NCBI GenBank assembly: GCA_963752475.1 | Contig: CAVVYR010000008.1 | Location: 574,110 to 638,109, forward strand | Reading direction: 5' to 3' | DNA: 64,000 nucleotides | DNA from: an uncultured Chloroflexia bacterium | GTDB lineage: Bacteria > Chloroflexota > Limnocylindria > Limnocylindrales > CSP1-4 | In this document: positions 26,284 through 36,631 of the stretch, piece by piece | How positions within the stretch are numbered: position 1 is the first letter of the stretch | Layout of the letters: each line of letters starts with the position of its first letter | Position numbers and translations under genes: made by a program | Notes under the pieces: model-generated | The model's database searches: none | The model's input: only the letters and a program-made list of their open reading frames with translations | Told to the model about the DNA's origin: nothing

Positions 26284-27422
26284 GCCGATACCTCCTTGAA
26301 GCGGTCGATGCGGAACATCTCGATGTCATGGCCGGTGCCGCCGTCGAGCGCCAGGTCGGCGGCGATCTCCCCGACCACCGTCGAGAACTTGAAGCCGTGC
26401 CCGCTGCAGGGCGAGACGACCACGACCTCTGGCCTGTCGGGCAGCGTATCGATGATGAAGTGCTCATCGGGCGTCATCGTGAACATGCACGTCTTGAGCG
26501 AGAGCGCCGGTCCGTCGGCCTGCGGCAGATAGCGCGAGAGCGCCGACCGCAGCAGCGCTTCGTCCTCGGGCTCGATACGCGAGCGGTCCCAGTCATCCGG
26601 ATCGACCGGTCGGCTGAGCCGCCCCATCTCTCCGATCTTCAAGCCCGGGATGCCGAACTCGGGGAAGCCGTAGAAGAGGCCCTCCTCGACGTCGAGGATG
26701 AACACCGGCAGCGCCTGCGGCGTGAACAGCTCCGGCTGCCTGGTGCCGGCCCAGAGCAGGACGCGCCGCTCGGGCACGGCCACCGGCGCCAGCTCGGATA
26801 CCAGCTTGCCGACCCAGGCACCGGCGCTGATGATGAGCCGCCGGGCGCGGTACTCGGCCGTGGCCGTACGTACGGTCACCCCGCCATCACGGGCCTCCCA
26901 CTCGGTCACGGGCTCGTGCCCGTGGATCTCGGCGCCGGCCGCCAGCGCAAGGCCCGCATGCCCGGCGATGGCACGCTCGGAGAGCACGAAACCACCATCG
27001 GGCGAGTACACGCCGACGAGGTCGTCCGGCAGCTCCAGCCCCGGGAAGCGCGCGTGGATCTGACCAGCATCGAGGAGCTCGTGGTCCAGACCGTGTTCGC
27101 GGGCGGAGGCCAGGGCGCCGACCACGGACTCTGCGTCAGGGCGCCCGGCATCGATCCCGCCGGTGTTGACGATGATGGTCTCCCCCAGGCGCTCGCCCAG
27201 CTCCTGCCAGCGCTCGTAGGCCCGACGCAGCAGGGGTACGTAGCGCGGATCTTCCGCGTAGGCCAGGCGGATGATGCGGTTGACGCCATGCGAGGAGCCG
27301 GTGTCATGCGGGATGCTCGATCGCTCCAGGCCCAGGACCCGGGCGCCACGGCCGGCCAACTCGGCCACCGCAGCACTGCCCATGCCGCCGACCCCGACGA
27401 CGATGACGTCGTACTCGTTCAT
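26280..27422 (-). CDS. solA: N-methyl-L-tryptophan oxidase / monomeric sarcosine oxidase
   Basis: GVGGMG, GSSHG..RIIR, CMFTMTPDEHFII, CSGHGFKF. Confidence 0.88.
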   Translation of the reverse strand: MNEYDVIVVGVGGMGSAAVAELAGRGARVLGLERSSIPHDTGSSHGVNRIIRLAYAEDPRYVPLLRRAYERWQELGERLGETIIVNTGGIDAGRPDAESVVGALASAREHGLDHELLDAGQIHARFPGLELPDDLVGVYSPDGGFVLSERAIAGHAGLALAAGAEIHGHEPVTEWEARDGGVTVRTATAEYRARRLIISAGAWVGKLVSELAPVAVPERRVLLWAGTRQPELFTPQALPVFILDVEEGLFYGFPEFGIPGLKIGEMGRLSRPVDPDDWDRSRIEPEDEALLRSALSRYLPQADGPALSLKTCMFTMTPDEHFIIDTLPDRPEVVVVSPCSGHGFKFSTVVGEIAADLALDGGTGHDIEMFRIDRFKEVSA

Positions 27423-27493
27423 GCACCTACCCCCGGTCGACCACGAAGACCGGGGGTACGGCCCGGCCTTCGTCGTGCGGTCACGACTCGCGG

Positions 27494-27922
27494 CTACATG
27501 CCGTCGATGGTGGACTCGTTGGCGGCTTCATCAGCTGCTGCGAAGGCGTCGCGGATGTCCTCGCGGCTGGTGTACCAGAGGAGCAGTGCGGGGATTGCGG
27601 CAGCGGCCAGGCCGTAGGCCACGTTCTGCGTGGCGATGAGCACGAACATCGCGTCGACCAGTCCGAAGACGGCCATGATCATCGTGAAGATGAGCGCCCA
27701 CGGTCGCATCGACCAGAGGGCCCAGCCGACGCCCAGGTAGATGGCGCCGATGACGACGGTCAGGATGCCGACCCAGATGACGCCGGTACCGTCCCACCTC
27801 TGGTCACCGAAGACGCCCACGCCGAGCAGCTGCAGTCCGACGAGCAGGCGAACGATGGCGATGGCGATGGCCAGCGCGCCGAGGACGAGTACGCCGAAGG
27901 GGCGCTTGTTCACGCTTTCCAT
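27494..27922 (-). CDS. Small 4-TM membrane protein
   Basis: ATG 27922 with SD AGGAGG; KRPxGV start; four hydrophobic helices. Confidence 0.8.
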   Translation of the reverse strand: MESVNKRPFGVLVLGALAIAIAIVRLLVGLQLLGVGVFGDQRWDGTGVIWVGILTVVIGAIYLGVGWALWSMRPWALIFTMIMAVFGLVDAMFVLIATQNVAYGLAAAAIPALLLWYTSREDIRDAFAAADEAANESTIDGM

Positions 27923-28177
27923 GTGGACCTCCTGAGCAGGTTCGAACCCCGTGCGTTCGAGGGGAGGGCGCGTTTCACGTCGCACGCTGGGTCCTAGCCT
28001 ATCGCAGCGTCACACGTGCAGGAGCGGCGATCACCGTCCTCGATGTGCTGAGGCGCCAACCGGGGTCGCCGTGCCATTCGCTATGCTGCGCGACGATCGA
28101 GACCGACCGACAGGGGATCAGGAGGCAGCGCCATGGCCGACCGTCATGAAGCTCGCCAACGGGGAGCAGGCCTCGCC

Positions 28178-29107
28178 TCAGAGATCTTCGATCCGCTGGG
28201 GTGTGAGCTTGGGCCCGAACCTGGGAGCCTTGATCCCGGCCCGTTCGATGAGCCGCACCACACGCGCACGCTGGCCGCGATAGGGCTCCAGGAGCTCCAG
28301 CATGCGGGTGTCATCGCCACGTGGCTCGCCGGCCAGCGCCCAGCAGACCGTGTTGGGGATGTGGAAGTCGCCCACGCTCACGGCGTCCGGATCCCCGAAG
28401 GCCTGCCGTGCGACCTCCGCGGCCGACCAGGCCCCGACCCCCGGGGTCGCGCGTAGTCGAGCGCGAGCAGCCGGCGGGGTCATGTCGACCGCTTCCTCCA
28501 GCCATGCGGCCCGCTCGGCGGCACGGATGAGCGTGATCGCCCGTCGCTGCTCGAGACCGACTGGGTGCAGCTCGTAGTAGGGCAGGGCAGCGACCACCTC
28601 CGGCCGCGGTGCCAGCCGTAGGCCGGCGGGTCCGGGGGCATCCTCGCCCCAGCGCCTGAGGATGCCGAAGTAGGCCCGATGCGCCTGCGCCGAGGTCACC
28701 TTCTGGCAGCAGATCGTCGGCACCAGCGACGGCCAGACCGCGTCGGTGCGCCCGAAGCGGAAGCCAGGCGAGGCGGCAGCCAAGTCCCGTAGCCTGCCCG
28801 CCGGCAGGACCAGGGCGGAGGGGTCGTCCTCCGCACCAAGCAGCCGCGGCACACCCAGCAGCGCAGCCGTTGCACCCGGCCCCCAGGCGGAGACGCGCCA
28901 GCCCTCGCGTGCACGAGCGATGCGTGTGGTCGCCGGACCGTCGGCTGTGCGCGACGCTCGCCAGACCACGCCGCGTTCGAAGCGGATGGTCGGGTCACCG
29001 TGGCCGTGTCGCAGCTCGCCCAGCGTGGCCGCGGGATCGACCTCGAAGTCCAGCCGCACGATCTCATCGACGTCCGGCGTCGCGCCCCCGTGCGTGTCGC
29101 CGGTCAT
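28178..29107 (-). CDS. AlkA-like HhH-GPD DNA glycosylase
   Basis: PGVGAWSA HhH, GDPDAVSVGDFH, QKVT. Confidence 0.88.
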   Translation of the reverse strand: MTGDTHGGATPDVDEIVRLDFEVDPAATLGELRHGHGDPTIRFERGVVWRASRTADGPATTRIARAREGWRVSAWGPGATAALLGVPRLLGAEDDPSALVLPAGRLRDLAAASPGFRFGRTDAVWPSLVPTICCQKVTSAQAHRAYFGILRRWGEDAPGPAGLRLAPRPEVVAALPYYELHPVGLEQRRAITLIRAAERAAWLEEAVDMTPPAARARLRATPGVGAWSAAEVARQAFGDPDAVSVGDFHIPNTVCWALAGEPRGDDTRMLELLEPYRGQRARVVRLIERAGIKAPRFGPKLTPQRIEDL

Positions 29108-30465
29108 GCCGCCGGTGTCACCTCGGCCACGAAGGTCAGGTTCTGACCCAGCGACCACAGCGCCAGCACCGTCATCGCGATCATCAGCGCCGCCAACGGC
29201 CACTGCGCGGTCGACTCACCCTCGCGTCGTCGCTCGCGCACCGCAGCGTGGCCAAGCCAGGCACCCACCACGTGCCCGAGCACGACCGCCATGACCTGCA
29301 CCGTCCACACCGCCGAGCTCGAGAGCCACTCGTCGGCGGGCTCGAAGCGCACGGTGCCGAAGAGGTCCCAGCCCTGCTGGAAGGGGTCGGAGGCGGCGAC
29401 GATGATGCGCTGGCCCTCCACCAACAGGTACGTGAGGTAGTGGGCCACGATGTAGCCGACCGCCACGGGCACGAGTCCGGCGCCCATGGCGGCGTAGCCC
29501 ACGCGGCGCCCGACGCCGATCACGAGCAGGGCCATGAGTCCGAGGAAGCCGATGAGCAGGAGGCTGTCGGTCACCGGGTGCACGCCGCCGAAGACGTCGT
29601 CGAACGGCTGCGTCTGCGAGACCCCGTCCCAGATGACCGAGCCGACGCCGACCGCTACCACCGCCAGCAGCGAGGCCGACCATGGCTCGTGGGTCAGCGC
29701 CCGACCGAAGGGGCGTCGCTGCACCTGGCCGTCGCGGCGGCGGCCCAGCAGCCCGTACGGCGCGAGCCGGCCGAGCAGCCCGAACCAGACGCTGAAGACC
29801 TCGCCGTGAACGCGCCAGCGATGCTTGCCGTACCAGGCCATGCCCACGAGGGTGATGAGGGTGTAGCCGAGCAGTACCAACCCCAGCTCGCGGCCGCCGC
29901 CCACGTTGGAGTCGAGCTCGAGCCAGACGAAGAAGCCGAACGTGACCGCCGCGGGCCAGGCCTGCGTGCGCTGGTGCCAGGGGGCTCGTCCCGGCAGGCG
30001 CAGGCCGGTCGGTCGCACGATGGCGGCGATGAGGTCGTGGAGCGTCGTGAATGGGTCGAGCCAGGCCCAGGCCGGCCCCAGCAGCGCGCTCAGCAGCGCC
30101 AGACCGATCCAGCCGTAGACCCACAGGATGATCGAGCCCACCTCGGCGTCGCTGATGCCGCCGGCGACGGCTTGGGCCACGACCCAGAGCCAGGCCAGCA
30201 GTCCGATCGCGCGCAGCAGCCAGCGGATCGGCCGCCAGACCGTGCGCACCCGACCTGGCTCCGGTTCAGGCGCAGGTCGGTCGTCTCCGAAGGCCACGAA
30301 CACGAACGACAGCGCCACCGCGATCGCGGCACCAGCGAGGTAGGCCGCGAAGGGCAGTGGCGCATCGACGTCGCCGTGCAAGGTGTGCGCGCTGGCAGGT
30401 GTCGCGGCAAGCAACAAGAGCACGGCCACGGACCCCGCCACGCGGAGCGTTCGGTTCCACCTCAT
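29104..30465 (-). CDS. Polytopic membrane protein (so-called fenitrothion hydrolase-like)
   Basis: ASAH leader, LPxxxYLxGA, PVAVGYIVAHY, SDPFxxGWDLFG. Confidence 0.75.
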   Translation of the reverse strand: MRWNRTLRVAGSVAVLLLLAATPASAHTLHGDVDAPLPFAAYLAGAAIAVALSFVFVAFGDDRPAPEPEPGRVRTVWRPIRWLLRAIGLLAWLWVVAQAVAGGISDAEVGSIILWVYGWIGLALLSALLGPAWAWLDPFTTLHDLIAAIVRPTGLRLPGRAPWHQRTQAWPAAVTFGFFVWLELDSNVGGGRELGLVLLGYTLITLVGMAWYGKHRWRVHGEVFSVWFGLLGRLAPYGLLGRRRDGQVQRRPFGRALTHEPWSASLLAVVAVGVGSVIWDGVSQTQPFDDVFGGVHPVTDSLLLIGFLGLMALLVIGVGRRVGYAAMGAGLVPVAVGYIVAHYLTYLLVEGQRIIVAASDPFQQGWDLFGTVRFEPADEWLSSSAVWTVQVMAVVLGHVVGAWLGHAAVRERRREGESTAQWPLAALMIAMTVLALWSLGQNLTFVAEVTPAA

Positions 30466-30514
30466 CTGTACAGATGAGCCTAGCAGCGCTATGGGGCGGG
30501 ACTACACTGCGCGC

Positions 30515-30835
30515 ATGCCCAAGTACAGGAAGGTCGACGCCGAGCTCATGGACAACCCGCCCAAGCCGAAGCCACGCGGTCGTCCCATCAGCCCCGAGCA
30601 GCAGGCGTTGATCAACCGCATCAAGAAGATCACTGACGAGACCGTGGTGTACGAGGCCGTCGTGGGGCCCGACGAGAAGCCGGCCACCGTGCGTGCGCAG
30701 ATCATGCGTGCGTCCAAGCTGGCCGGCGTCGAACTCGCCGTCAAGAAGTCGCCCGACGGCTTCTACTTCGGCCTGATGACGCCCAAACGCAAGTCCAAGC
30801 GCGGCCGACCGCGCAAGGACACCGGAGCCAAGTAG
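30515..30835 (+). CDS. Small basic protein with two AT-hook-like motifs
   Basis: TACACT-N6-ATG leaderless start; PRGRP and KRGRPRK. Confidence 0.75.
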   Translation: MPKYRKVDAELMDNPPKPKPRGRPISPEQQALINRIKKITDETVVYEAVVGPDEKPATVRAQIMRASKLAGVELAVKKSPDGFYFGLMTPKRKSKRGRPRKDTGAK

Positions 30836-31207
30836 CTGGCCGCCGCGGGCGGCGGGCCGGTCATCCAGGTCTTCGGCCGCAACGACTCACAGACGACGCG
30901 ACGGGCGCAGCGCTTCTTCAAGGAGCGGCGCATGCCCATCGCCTTGGTCGATCTGAAGAAGCGGCCGCCAGCACCGGGTGAGCTCAAGCGCTTCGCTCAG
31001 AAGTTCGGAGCTCGGGCGCTGTTGGACGAGGACTCGAAGGCCTACAAGAAGGCCAACCTCGGCTATCTCACCATGGGTGACAGCGAGGTCTTCGATCGCG
31101 TCATCGCCGAACCGAAGCTGCTGCGGCTCCCGCTCGTGCGTTACGGCAACGAGCTCACCATCGGTGTCGACGAGGAGACCTGGAAGGCCTGGCACCAGGC
31201 CGGCTGA
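30836..31207 (+). CDS. ArsC/Spx/YffB family protein (start codon unclear)
   Basis: IQVFG..SQTTRRAQRFFKER...PKLLRLPLVR...IGVDEETW; the conserved N-terminus lies upstream of the first ATG. Confidence 0.8.
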   Translation: MAAAGGGPVIQVFGRNDSQTTRRAQRFFKERRMPIALVDLKKRPPAPGELKRFAQKFGARALLDEDSKAYKKANLGYLTMGDSEVFDRVIAEPKLLRLPLVRYGNELTIGVDEETWKAWHQAG

Positions 31208-31273
31208 GTCGCTACCCGCTCAGCCGCCGGCGCGGATCGAGGCCGCCGTGGGTCACGGCCGCTGTGGGTCAGG

Positions 31274-33031
31274 CTAGAAGGGCCGGAGGCTACCCCACGC
31301 GAACTTGACCGTGCGGTCGGGGCCGGGTGTGACCGAGAAGTAGCGGCTCTTGAGCACACGGATGCGCGTGTTGCCGCGCTTGGCTGTGAAGAGCACGAAG
31401 TCCTCGCGGCCGTCGAAGTCCACGTCGGCAGCGATCAGGCGAGTCCTCGTCACGGGGATGGGATCCCTCTTGGGCGCGACCCACAGCCTGGCCCGTTTGA
31501 AACCGCCGCGCCTCAGGCCCTGCAATCGCTCGACGGCCGTTCGCACCTTGGTGCCATTGAGCATCATCACGTCGTCGCGACCATCACGGTTGGCATCGCC
31601 CACGGTCATCTTGACCTTCGCCGGCGTCAGGGTCGGATCCTGCCAGCGGATCCTGTACTCGTCCGTGCGCGGGAGACTGCCCGGCAGGGGGCTCTTCGTC
31701 ACTGCGGTCTTCAGGCGCACGCCGTTCACGTTCTCGCGCACCACGAGGTCGCTGCGGCCATCGCCACTGAGATCGGCCAACCATACGCTCGCGACATCGT
31801 CGAAGTCCTGGCGCTCGGCCCACCACACGACCGGATCGCTCAGTTTCGTGGAGTTGCTGAACCTGGATCGCTTGAGCACGACCATGCGTGAGTTCCCGGC
31901 ACTCTCGCCTCGACCGAAGATGGCCAGGTCCTCGCGGCCGTCAGCATGGAAGTCGCCGATGAGCAACTGCGCGCCGTTGACGGGCACGATCGTGTCGCCC
32001 TGCCACCACGTCTCGGGCGTGCCGAAGTTGACGCCATCGCTGAGCGCGACCCAGATGCGCCCGCTGGTGCCGCCGGTCTTCTTGAGCCAGGCCAGGTCAT
32101 GCCGGCCGTCGCCGTCGAGGTCGCCGAGTGCGTGATCGACGAGGTCGTCGGTAGTGATGTTCACGCCGGCGTGGGTACCGGGCTCGGGTGCGGCCTGACC
32201 CAGGGTGAACACGCGCGTGGTGCGCTGGCCGGGAATCTGCTCCATGGCCAGTGCGTCGCCGTGCTTGGTGCCGACCACGTCGTGGGCGCCCGGCGTCACG
32301 ATCTCGAGCGCCGGGTTGAGGTACTTGCGCAGGATCTCGCGGTACTTGAGCCCGATCGAGCCGCACTTCTTGGTGCTGTTGTGGAAGAGCTTGAAGCCGC
32401 CTGCGTCAGCACCGCAGGGGACAGCGCTCGAGCCGGCCCGGTAGCCGGTCAGGAAGAAGCGGCTACTCGAGGTCTTGTAGCGGTACTTCCGCAGCGACTG
32501 ATCCCAGGTCTGGTCCATGGCCGCGCGGATCTTGGAACCCTCGGCTGGCCATCTCGGCGTCCCGGGCCCGAACTTCTCGGGCCGATACCACTGGTCGGTG
32601 GTGGAGTCGACGACGTCGTAGCACTGCTTCACGCCGTCCTTCCACTTGGTGCCGCCGCGGTAGTACTTGACGTGATACCAGGCGAACTGCTTGGTCGCGA
32701 CGGCGCCGGCCTTGATCGTCTCGAGGGGATACTTCTCCGGCCACTCCGCGGCCATGACCGTGGCCACGTACTCGTAGAAGTCGACCGTCTGGACGGTGCC
32801 GTCGAGGTCGGAAGCCGGGCTGGTCGCGGCGGTCCGCAGGACCCGGATGGTCTGCGGCGGCGACATCACGCTGGGCCAGTCAGTGCACTTCCCGGGCGAG
32901 GCGTCGAAGGACAGCTCGACCCGCGGCTCAGGCGGTGCGATGGCAGCGCTGGCAGGCAAGGCGAAGGCGATGACGACGAGCAGGCTTGACAACACGGCGA
33001 CGAGCCCGCGCGCCGGCTGGGGACGGCGCAT
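31274..33031 (-). CDS. Secreted SpoIID/LytB-domain protein with FG-GAP-like repeats
   Basis: YVATVMAAEW...KAGAVA, DSTTDQWY, YREILRKY; C-terminal GDLDGDGRxDL repeats. Confidence 0.85.
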   Translation of the reverse strand: MRRPQPARGLVAVLSSLLVVIAFALPASAAIAPPEPRVELSFDASPGKCTDWPSVMSPPQTIRVLRTAATSPASDLDGTVQTVDFYEYVATVMAAEWPEKYPLETIKAGAVATKQFAWYHVKYYRGGTKWKDGVKQCYDVVDSTTDQWYRPEKFGPGTPRWPAEGSKIRAAMDQTWDQSLRKYRYKTSSSRFFLTGYRAGSSAVPCGADAGGFKLFHNSTKKCGSIGLKYREILRKYLNPALEIVTPGAHDVVGTKHGDALAMEQIPGQRTTRVFTLGQAAPEPGTHAGVNITTDDLVDHALGDLDGDGRHDLAWLKKTGGTSGRIWVALSDGVNFGTPETWWQGDTIVPVNGAQLLIGDFHADGREDLAIFGRGESAGNSRMVVLKRSRFSNSTKLSDPVVWWAERQDFDDVASVWLADLSGDGRSDLVVRENVNGVRLKTAVTKSPLPGSLPRTDEYRIRWQDPTLTPAKVKMTVGDANRDGRDDVMMLNGTKVRTAVERLQGLRRGGFKRARLWVAPKRDPIPVTRTRLIAADVDFDGREDFVLFTAKRGNTRIRVLKSRYFSVTPGPDRTVKFAWGSLRPF

Positions 33032-33132
33032 CGCGACCGACGGTAGCGCACGCGCTCGGTTTGCACAGGCCCCAGTGGTGCCTGAGCGCACCATGACCAT
33101 CGGTTCGACGAGCTTTCCGTTACGCTCACGCG

Positions 33133-34482
33133 ATGCACATCTCGATCGTCGGCGCTGGCTACGTCGGCCTCGTTACCGCTGCCTGTCTTGCCCACGTGGA
33201 GCACCGCGTGACGTGTCTGGACGTCGACCAGGCACGCATCGAGCGACTGCGTCGTGGTGACCTGCCGGTGCACGAGCCCGGTCTCGACGATCTGGTGTCA
33301 GAGGGTCTGGCCAACGGCCGCCTGAGCTTCGCATCCGACTACGTCGCGATGTGCGGGACCGACCTCATCATCGTGGCCGTGGGCACGCTCGATGCGGACG
33401 AGGAGTGGGACGGCACCATCGTGCGCGCCGCCGTCCGGGCCATCGCCGAAGGTCGCTCGCTTCCCCGTGACATCGTCATCCGCTCGACGCTCATGCCCGG
33501 CACCGCCGTGGCGCTGGCCGAGGAGATCCGCGAGATCGATCCCGACGTGCGCCTGGCCCACAACCCCGAGTTCACGCGTGAGGCCGTGGCGGTCAAGGAC
33601 TTCCTCGAGCCCGACCGTATCGTCGCTGGCGTGGACGGCCACGACGACGGCGGACGAGGCACGGCCCTGGCGCAGGCGCTGCGGCAGCTCTACGAACCCT
33701 TCGACGCGCCGTTCATCGTGACCGACCTCACGAGTGCGGAGACGATCAAGGTCGCATCCAACGTCTTCCTCGCGGCCAAGATCACCTTCGCCAACGAGAT
33801 CAGCCGCCTCACCGCCGCCACCGGGGCCGATGCCCAGGCCGTGGTCGACGGCATGGGTGCGGACAAGCGCATCGTGCGCAACTTCCTCTCTCCGGGCCCT
33901 GGCTTCGGCGGCTCCTGCTTCCCGTCGCAGGCGCGCGCGCTGCCGCAGCTGGCTGCCGGCTACGGCGTGCAGACGCCGCTGATGGATGCCATCTGGCCCA
34001 GCAACGTGAGTCAGGCCGACTGGCTGCTCGATGGTCTCGAGCGCGCCGCCGGCCGACCGATCGAAGGCATGCGGGTGGCCCTGTTGGGACTGACCTTCAA
34101 GGCCGGCACGGACGATCTGCGCGAATCACCGTCGATCCGTCTGGGTCAGGCGCTGGCCGCCCGTGGCGCGACCGTCGCCACCTTCGACCCGGTCTCGCTG
34201 GTGAGTGGCACCGAGATGCTGCGGAAGCTGGCGCCCGGCGCGGCCATCGAAGCGGCCGACTCTGCCGCTGCCGCGTGCATCGGCGCCGACGCGGTCGTGG
34301 TCGCCACCGAGTGGCCCCAGTTCGGCGAGCTGCCGTGGGCGGAGATCGCACCCACGATGGTCGGCTCGGTCGTGATCGACGGCCGTCGCATGGTCGACAC
34401 CGACGTCGCCCTCGAGGCCGGCCTTCGTGTCGTGGCCCTTGGCGTGGAGGTCAAGGGCGCAGCCCTGCAACCAGCCGACTGA
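33133..34482 (+). CDS. ugd: UDP-glucose/GDP-mannose dehydrogenase
   Basis: GAGYVG, NPEF, GFGGSCFP, FKAGTDDLRESP. Confidence 0.9.
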   Translation: MHISIVGAGYVGLVTAACLAHVEHRVTCLDVDQARIERLRRGDLPVHEPGLDDLVSEGLANGRLSFASDYVAMCGTDLIIVAVGTLDADEEWDGTIVRAAVRAIAEGRSLPRDIVIRSTLMPGTAVALAEEIREIDPDVRLAHNPEFTREAVAVKDFLEPDRIVAGVDGHDDGGRGTALAQALRQLYEPFDAPFIVTDLTSAETIKVASNVFLAAKITFANEISRLTAATGADAQAVVDGMGADKRIVRNFLSPGPGFGGSCFPSQARALPQLAAGYGVQTPLMDAIWPSNVSQADWLLDGLERAAGRPIEGMRVALLGLTFKAGTDDLRESPSIRLGQALAARGATVATFDPVSLVSGTEMLRKLAPGAAIEAADSAAAACIGADAVVVATEWPQFGELPWAEIAPTMVGSVVIDGRRMVDTDVALEAGLRVVALGVEVKGAALQPAD

Positions 34483-34570
34483 CGCTTGCCAATGGGCGAC
34501 GCTACTGGTCGGGCCGACGCCACCACCGCATTGGGGCTCTACACGTCCCGCGGGTAGCACCCGACCGGCA

Positions 34571-34993
34571 CTAGCGGTTCCCGGCCACACTCGACGAGCG
34601 ACGCTGGGCGACCCAGCTCAGCGCGACCCAGGCCACGGCCAGTCCGACCAGCGCACCGACCGTGTCGGTGACCACGTCGTCCAGACGTCCCGTGCGGTCG
34701 GGCACGAATGACTGATGCCACTCGTCGAGCACGCCGTAGGCCACCGTCAGCCCGAAGGCGAAGAGGGCATCTTGCAGCCGGGGCCCGCGGCGCCAGCTCA
34801 GAGCGAACAGGAAGGCCGCCGCCAGCGTGCCGAAGGCCAGCAGGTGCCCGGTGACGCGGAACGGCTTGTCCACGGCCGCATCCTCCGACACCCTGAGCCC
34901 GCTCTGCGACGAGAGTACGAAGATGACCACCATGATCGCGACGGCCGGCACCCAGGCCCGCCAGCGTTGCGTCCGCCCGGATGGTTCGGTCAC
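34571..34993 (-). CDS. VanZ family membrane protein
   Basis: YGVLDEWHQSFVPDR...DD...D. Confidence 0.88.
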   Translation of the reverse strand: MTEPSGRTQRWRAWVPAVAIMVVIFVLSSQSGLRVSEDAAVDKPFRVTGHLLAFGTLAAAFLFALSWRRGPRLQDALFAFGLTVAYGVLDEWHQSFVPDRTGRLDDVVTDTVGALVGLAVAWVALSWVAQRRSSSVAGNR

Positions 34994-35478
34994 CGCGGCC
35001 AGGCGATCTCGATGGCGCCGTCGCGCACCCGCAGCGGGTAGTAGCGCAGCCGTCGGACGCGAGTCTTCGCTCGAGCTCGCGCCTTGGGATCGTCGGGTCT
35101 GAGCGTCGGCTTGGGATCGGCACCCGCCGGTTTCCAGGTCGGGACGTACGTGCCGTCCGCGTCCAGCCCGCCCGTGGTCGGGAACGTGACGACCGTCCCG
35201 TCCCGCGCGTCGAAGGATCCGCGATGCAGCGGGCAATGCACGACACAGCCCTCGAGCCGGCCCTCGGAGAGCGGCGCCGACATGTGCGGACAACGGTCGT
35301 CGGTCGCGATCAGCCCGGCCTCCGTATGCGCCACCAGCAGGTCCAGGTCGCCACGACTCACGCGCTGCATCGTGCCAGCGGGCAACTCGGCCAGCGGGAC
35401 CGCGCTCTCGAAGGGTGCATCGGCCGTGCCCGGGGCCCGGAGCTCGGCGGGAAAGGGCAGGGGTTCAGGAGTGGACAT
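34990..35478 (-). CDS. Rieske 2Fe-2S ferredoxin
   Basis: CPHM...CPLHRGSFD. Confidence 0.9.
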   Translation of the reverse strand: MSTPEPLPFPAELRAPGTADAPFESAVPLAELPAGTMQRVSRGDLDLLVAHTEAGLIATDDRCPHMSAPLSEGRLEGCVVHCPLHRGSFDARDGTVVTFPTTGGLDADGTYVPTWKPAGADPKPTLRPDDPKARARAKTRVRRLRYYPLRVRDGAIEIAWPR

Positions 35479-35557
35479 GGGTCGCATCGTACCCGTGCAC
35501 GCGAGCCATCCTCGCTGGGGCATCATTCGGAGTCCCAGCCAGGCCCCAGGAGACCGC

Positions 35558-36496
35558 ATGCGCTACGCACTCATGACCGAGCCCCAGCAGGGCTATAGCT
35601 ACCAGGACATCCTCGACGCCGCCAACGCCGCCAAGGCTGCCGGTTTCGACACCTACTTCCGATCCGACCACTACTCCAGCTTCCCGGGCGAGGAAGGGCT
35701 GCCCGCGACCGACTGCTGGACCACGTTGGCTGGCCTGGCCCGCGACACCGAGGGTATCGGCCTGGGTTCGATGGTCTCGCCGGTCACGTTCCGCATCCCC
35801 GGCTCCTACGCCAAGGTCGTGGCCACGGTCATCGAGATGGCCGAGGGCACGCCGATCGAGATGGGCGTCGGTGCCGGCTGGAACGAGGAGGAGCACGCGG
35901 CCCTGGGCATCCCGTACCCGGACACCGTCGGACGCGTCGACCGCATGGAGGAGCAGCTCGCCATCGTCAAGGGCCTCTGGGACGAGCCCGACGGCTGGTC
36001 CTATGAGGGCGAGCACTGGCAGGTGAGCGGCACGCTCTTCCGGCCGCGGGGTCCGCGCCCCAACATCATCGTCGGTGGCGTCGGCCGGCCCCGCTCGTGC
36101 CGGCTCGGTGCCCAGTACGCGGACGAGTACAACATCAGCTCATCCAACCCTGCCGAAGTCCGTGAGATCAACGCCAGGCTCGACGCCGCCTGCGAGAAGC
36201 TGGGCCGGGATCCCAAGACGCTGACACGCTCGGTCATGGCCGGTGTGCTGGTGGGCCGGACCGAGGCCGACTTCTCCGATCGGCGCGCCCGCCAGGTGGA
36301 TATCTTCGGCGGCGACGAGGATGGCGCGGAAGCCTGGCTCGAGGAACGCAAGGACCGCTGGATCCTGGGCACGCCCGACCGAGCCCGCGAGATGATCGCC
36401 GAGTACGAGGCCACCGGCGTCGAGCGCCTGCTGTTCCAGGACTTCCTGCCCCAGGACCTCGATCACATCGCGGTCATGGGTGAGCTCTTCGGCTGA
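35558..36496 (+). CDS. LLM-class (probably F420-dependent) oxidoreductase
   Basis: EPQQG, FRSDHY, SPVTFR, GAGW.EEH, ADEYN. Confidence 0.9.
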   Translation: MRYALMTEPQQGYSYQDILDAANAAKAAGFDTYFRSDHYSSFPGEEGLPATDCWTTLAGLARDTEGIGLGSMVSPVTFRIPGSYAKVVATVIEMAEGTPIEMGVGAGWNEEEHAALGIPYPDTVGRVDRMEEQLAIVKGLWDEPDGWSYEGEHWQVSGTLFRPRGPRPNIIVGGVGRPRSCRLGAQYADEYNISSSNPAEVREINARLDAACEKLGRDPKTLTRSVMAGVLVGRTEADFSDRRARQVDIFGGDEDGAEAWLEERKDRWILGTPDRAREMIAEYEATGVERLLFQDFLPQDLDHIAVMGELFG

Positions 36497-36631
36497 TCGG
36501 CGCGACTGGCAGCAGCCATGTCCTGCAAGGGGATGTCCATGCGTGGCGCCGAGACCGACACGAGGACCAACTCGACCCGGATCGCCGCGCCCAGGGCCGT
36601 CTGGGCTTGACACCCCGCGTAGGGTTCGGCA

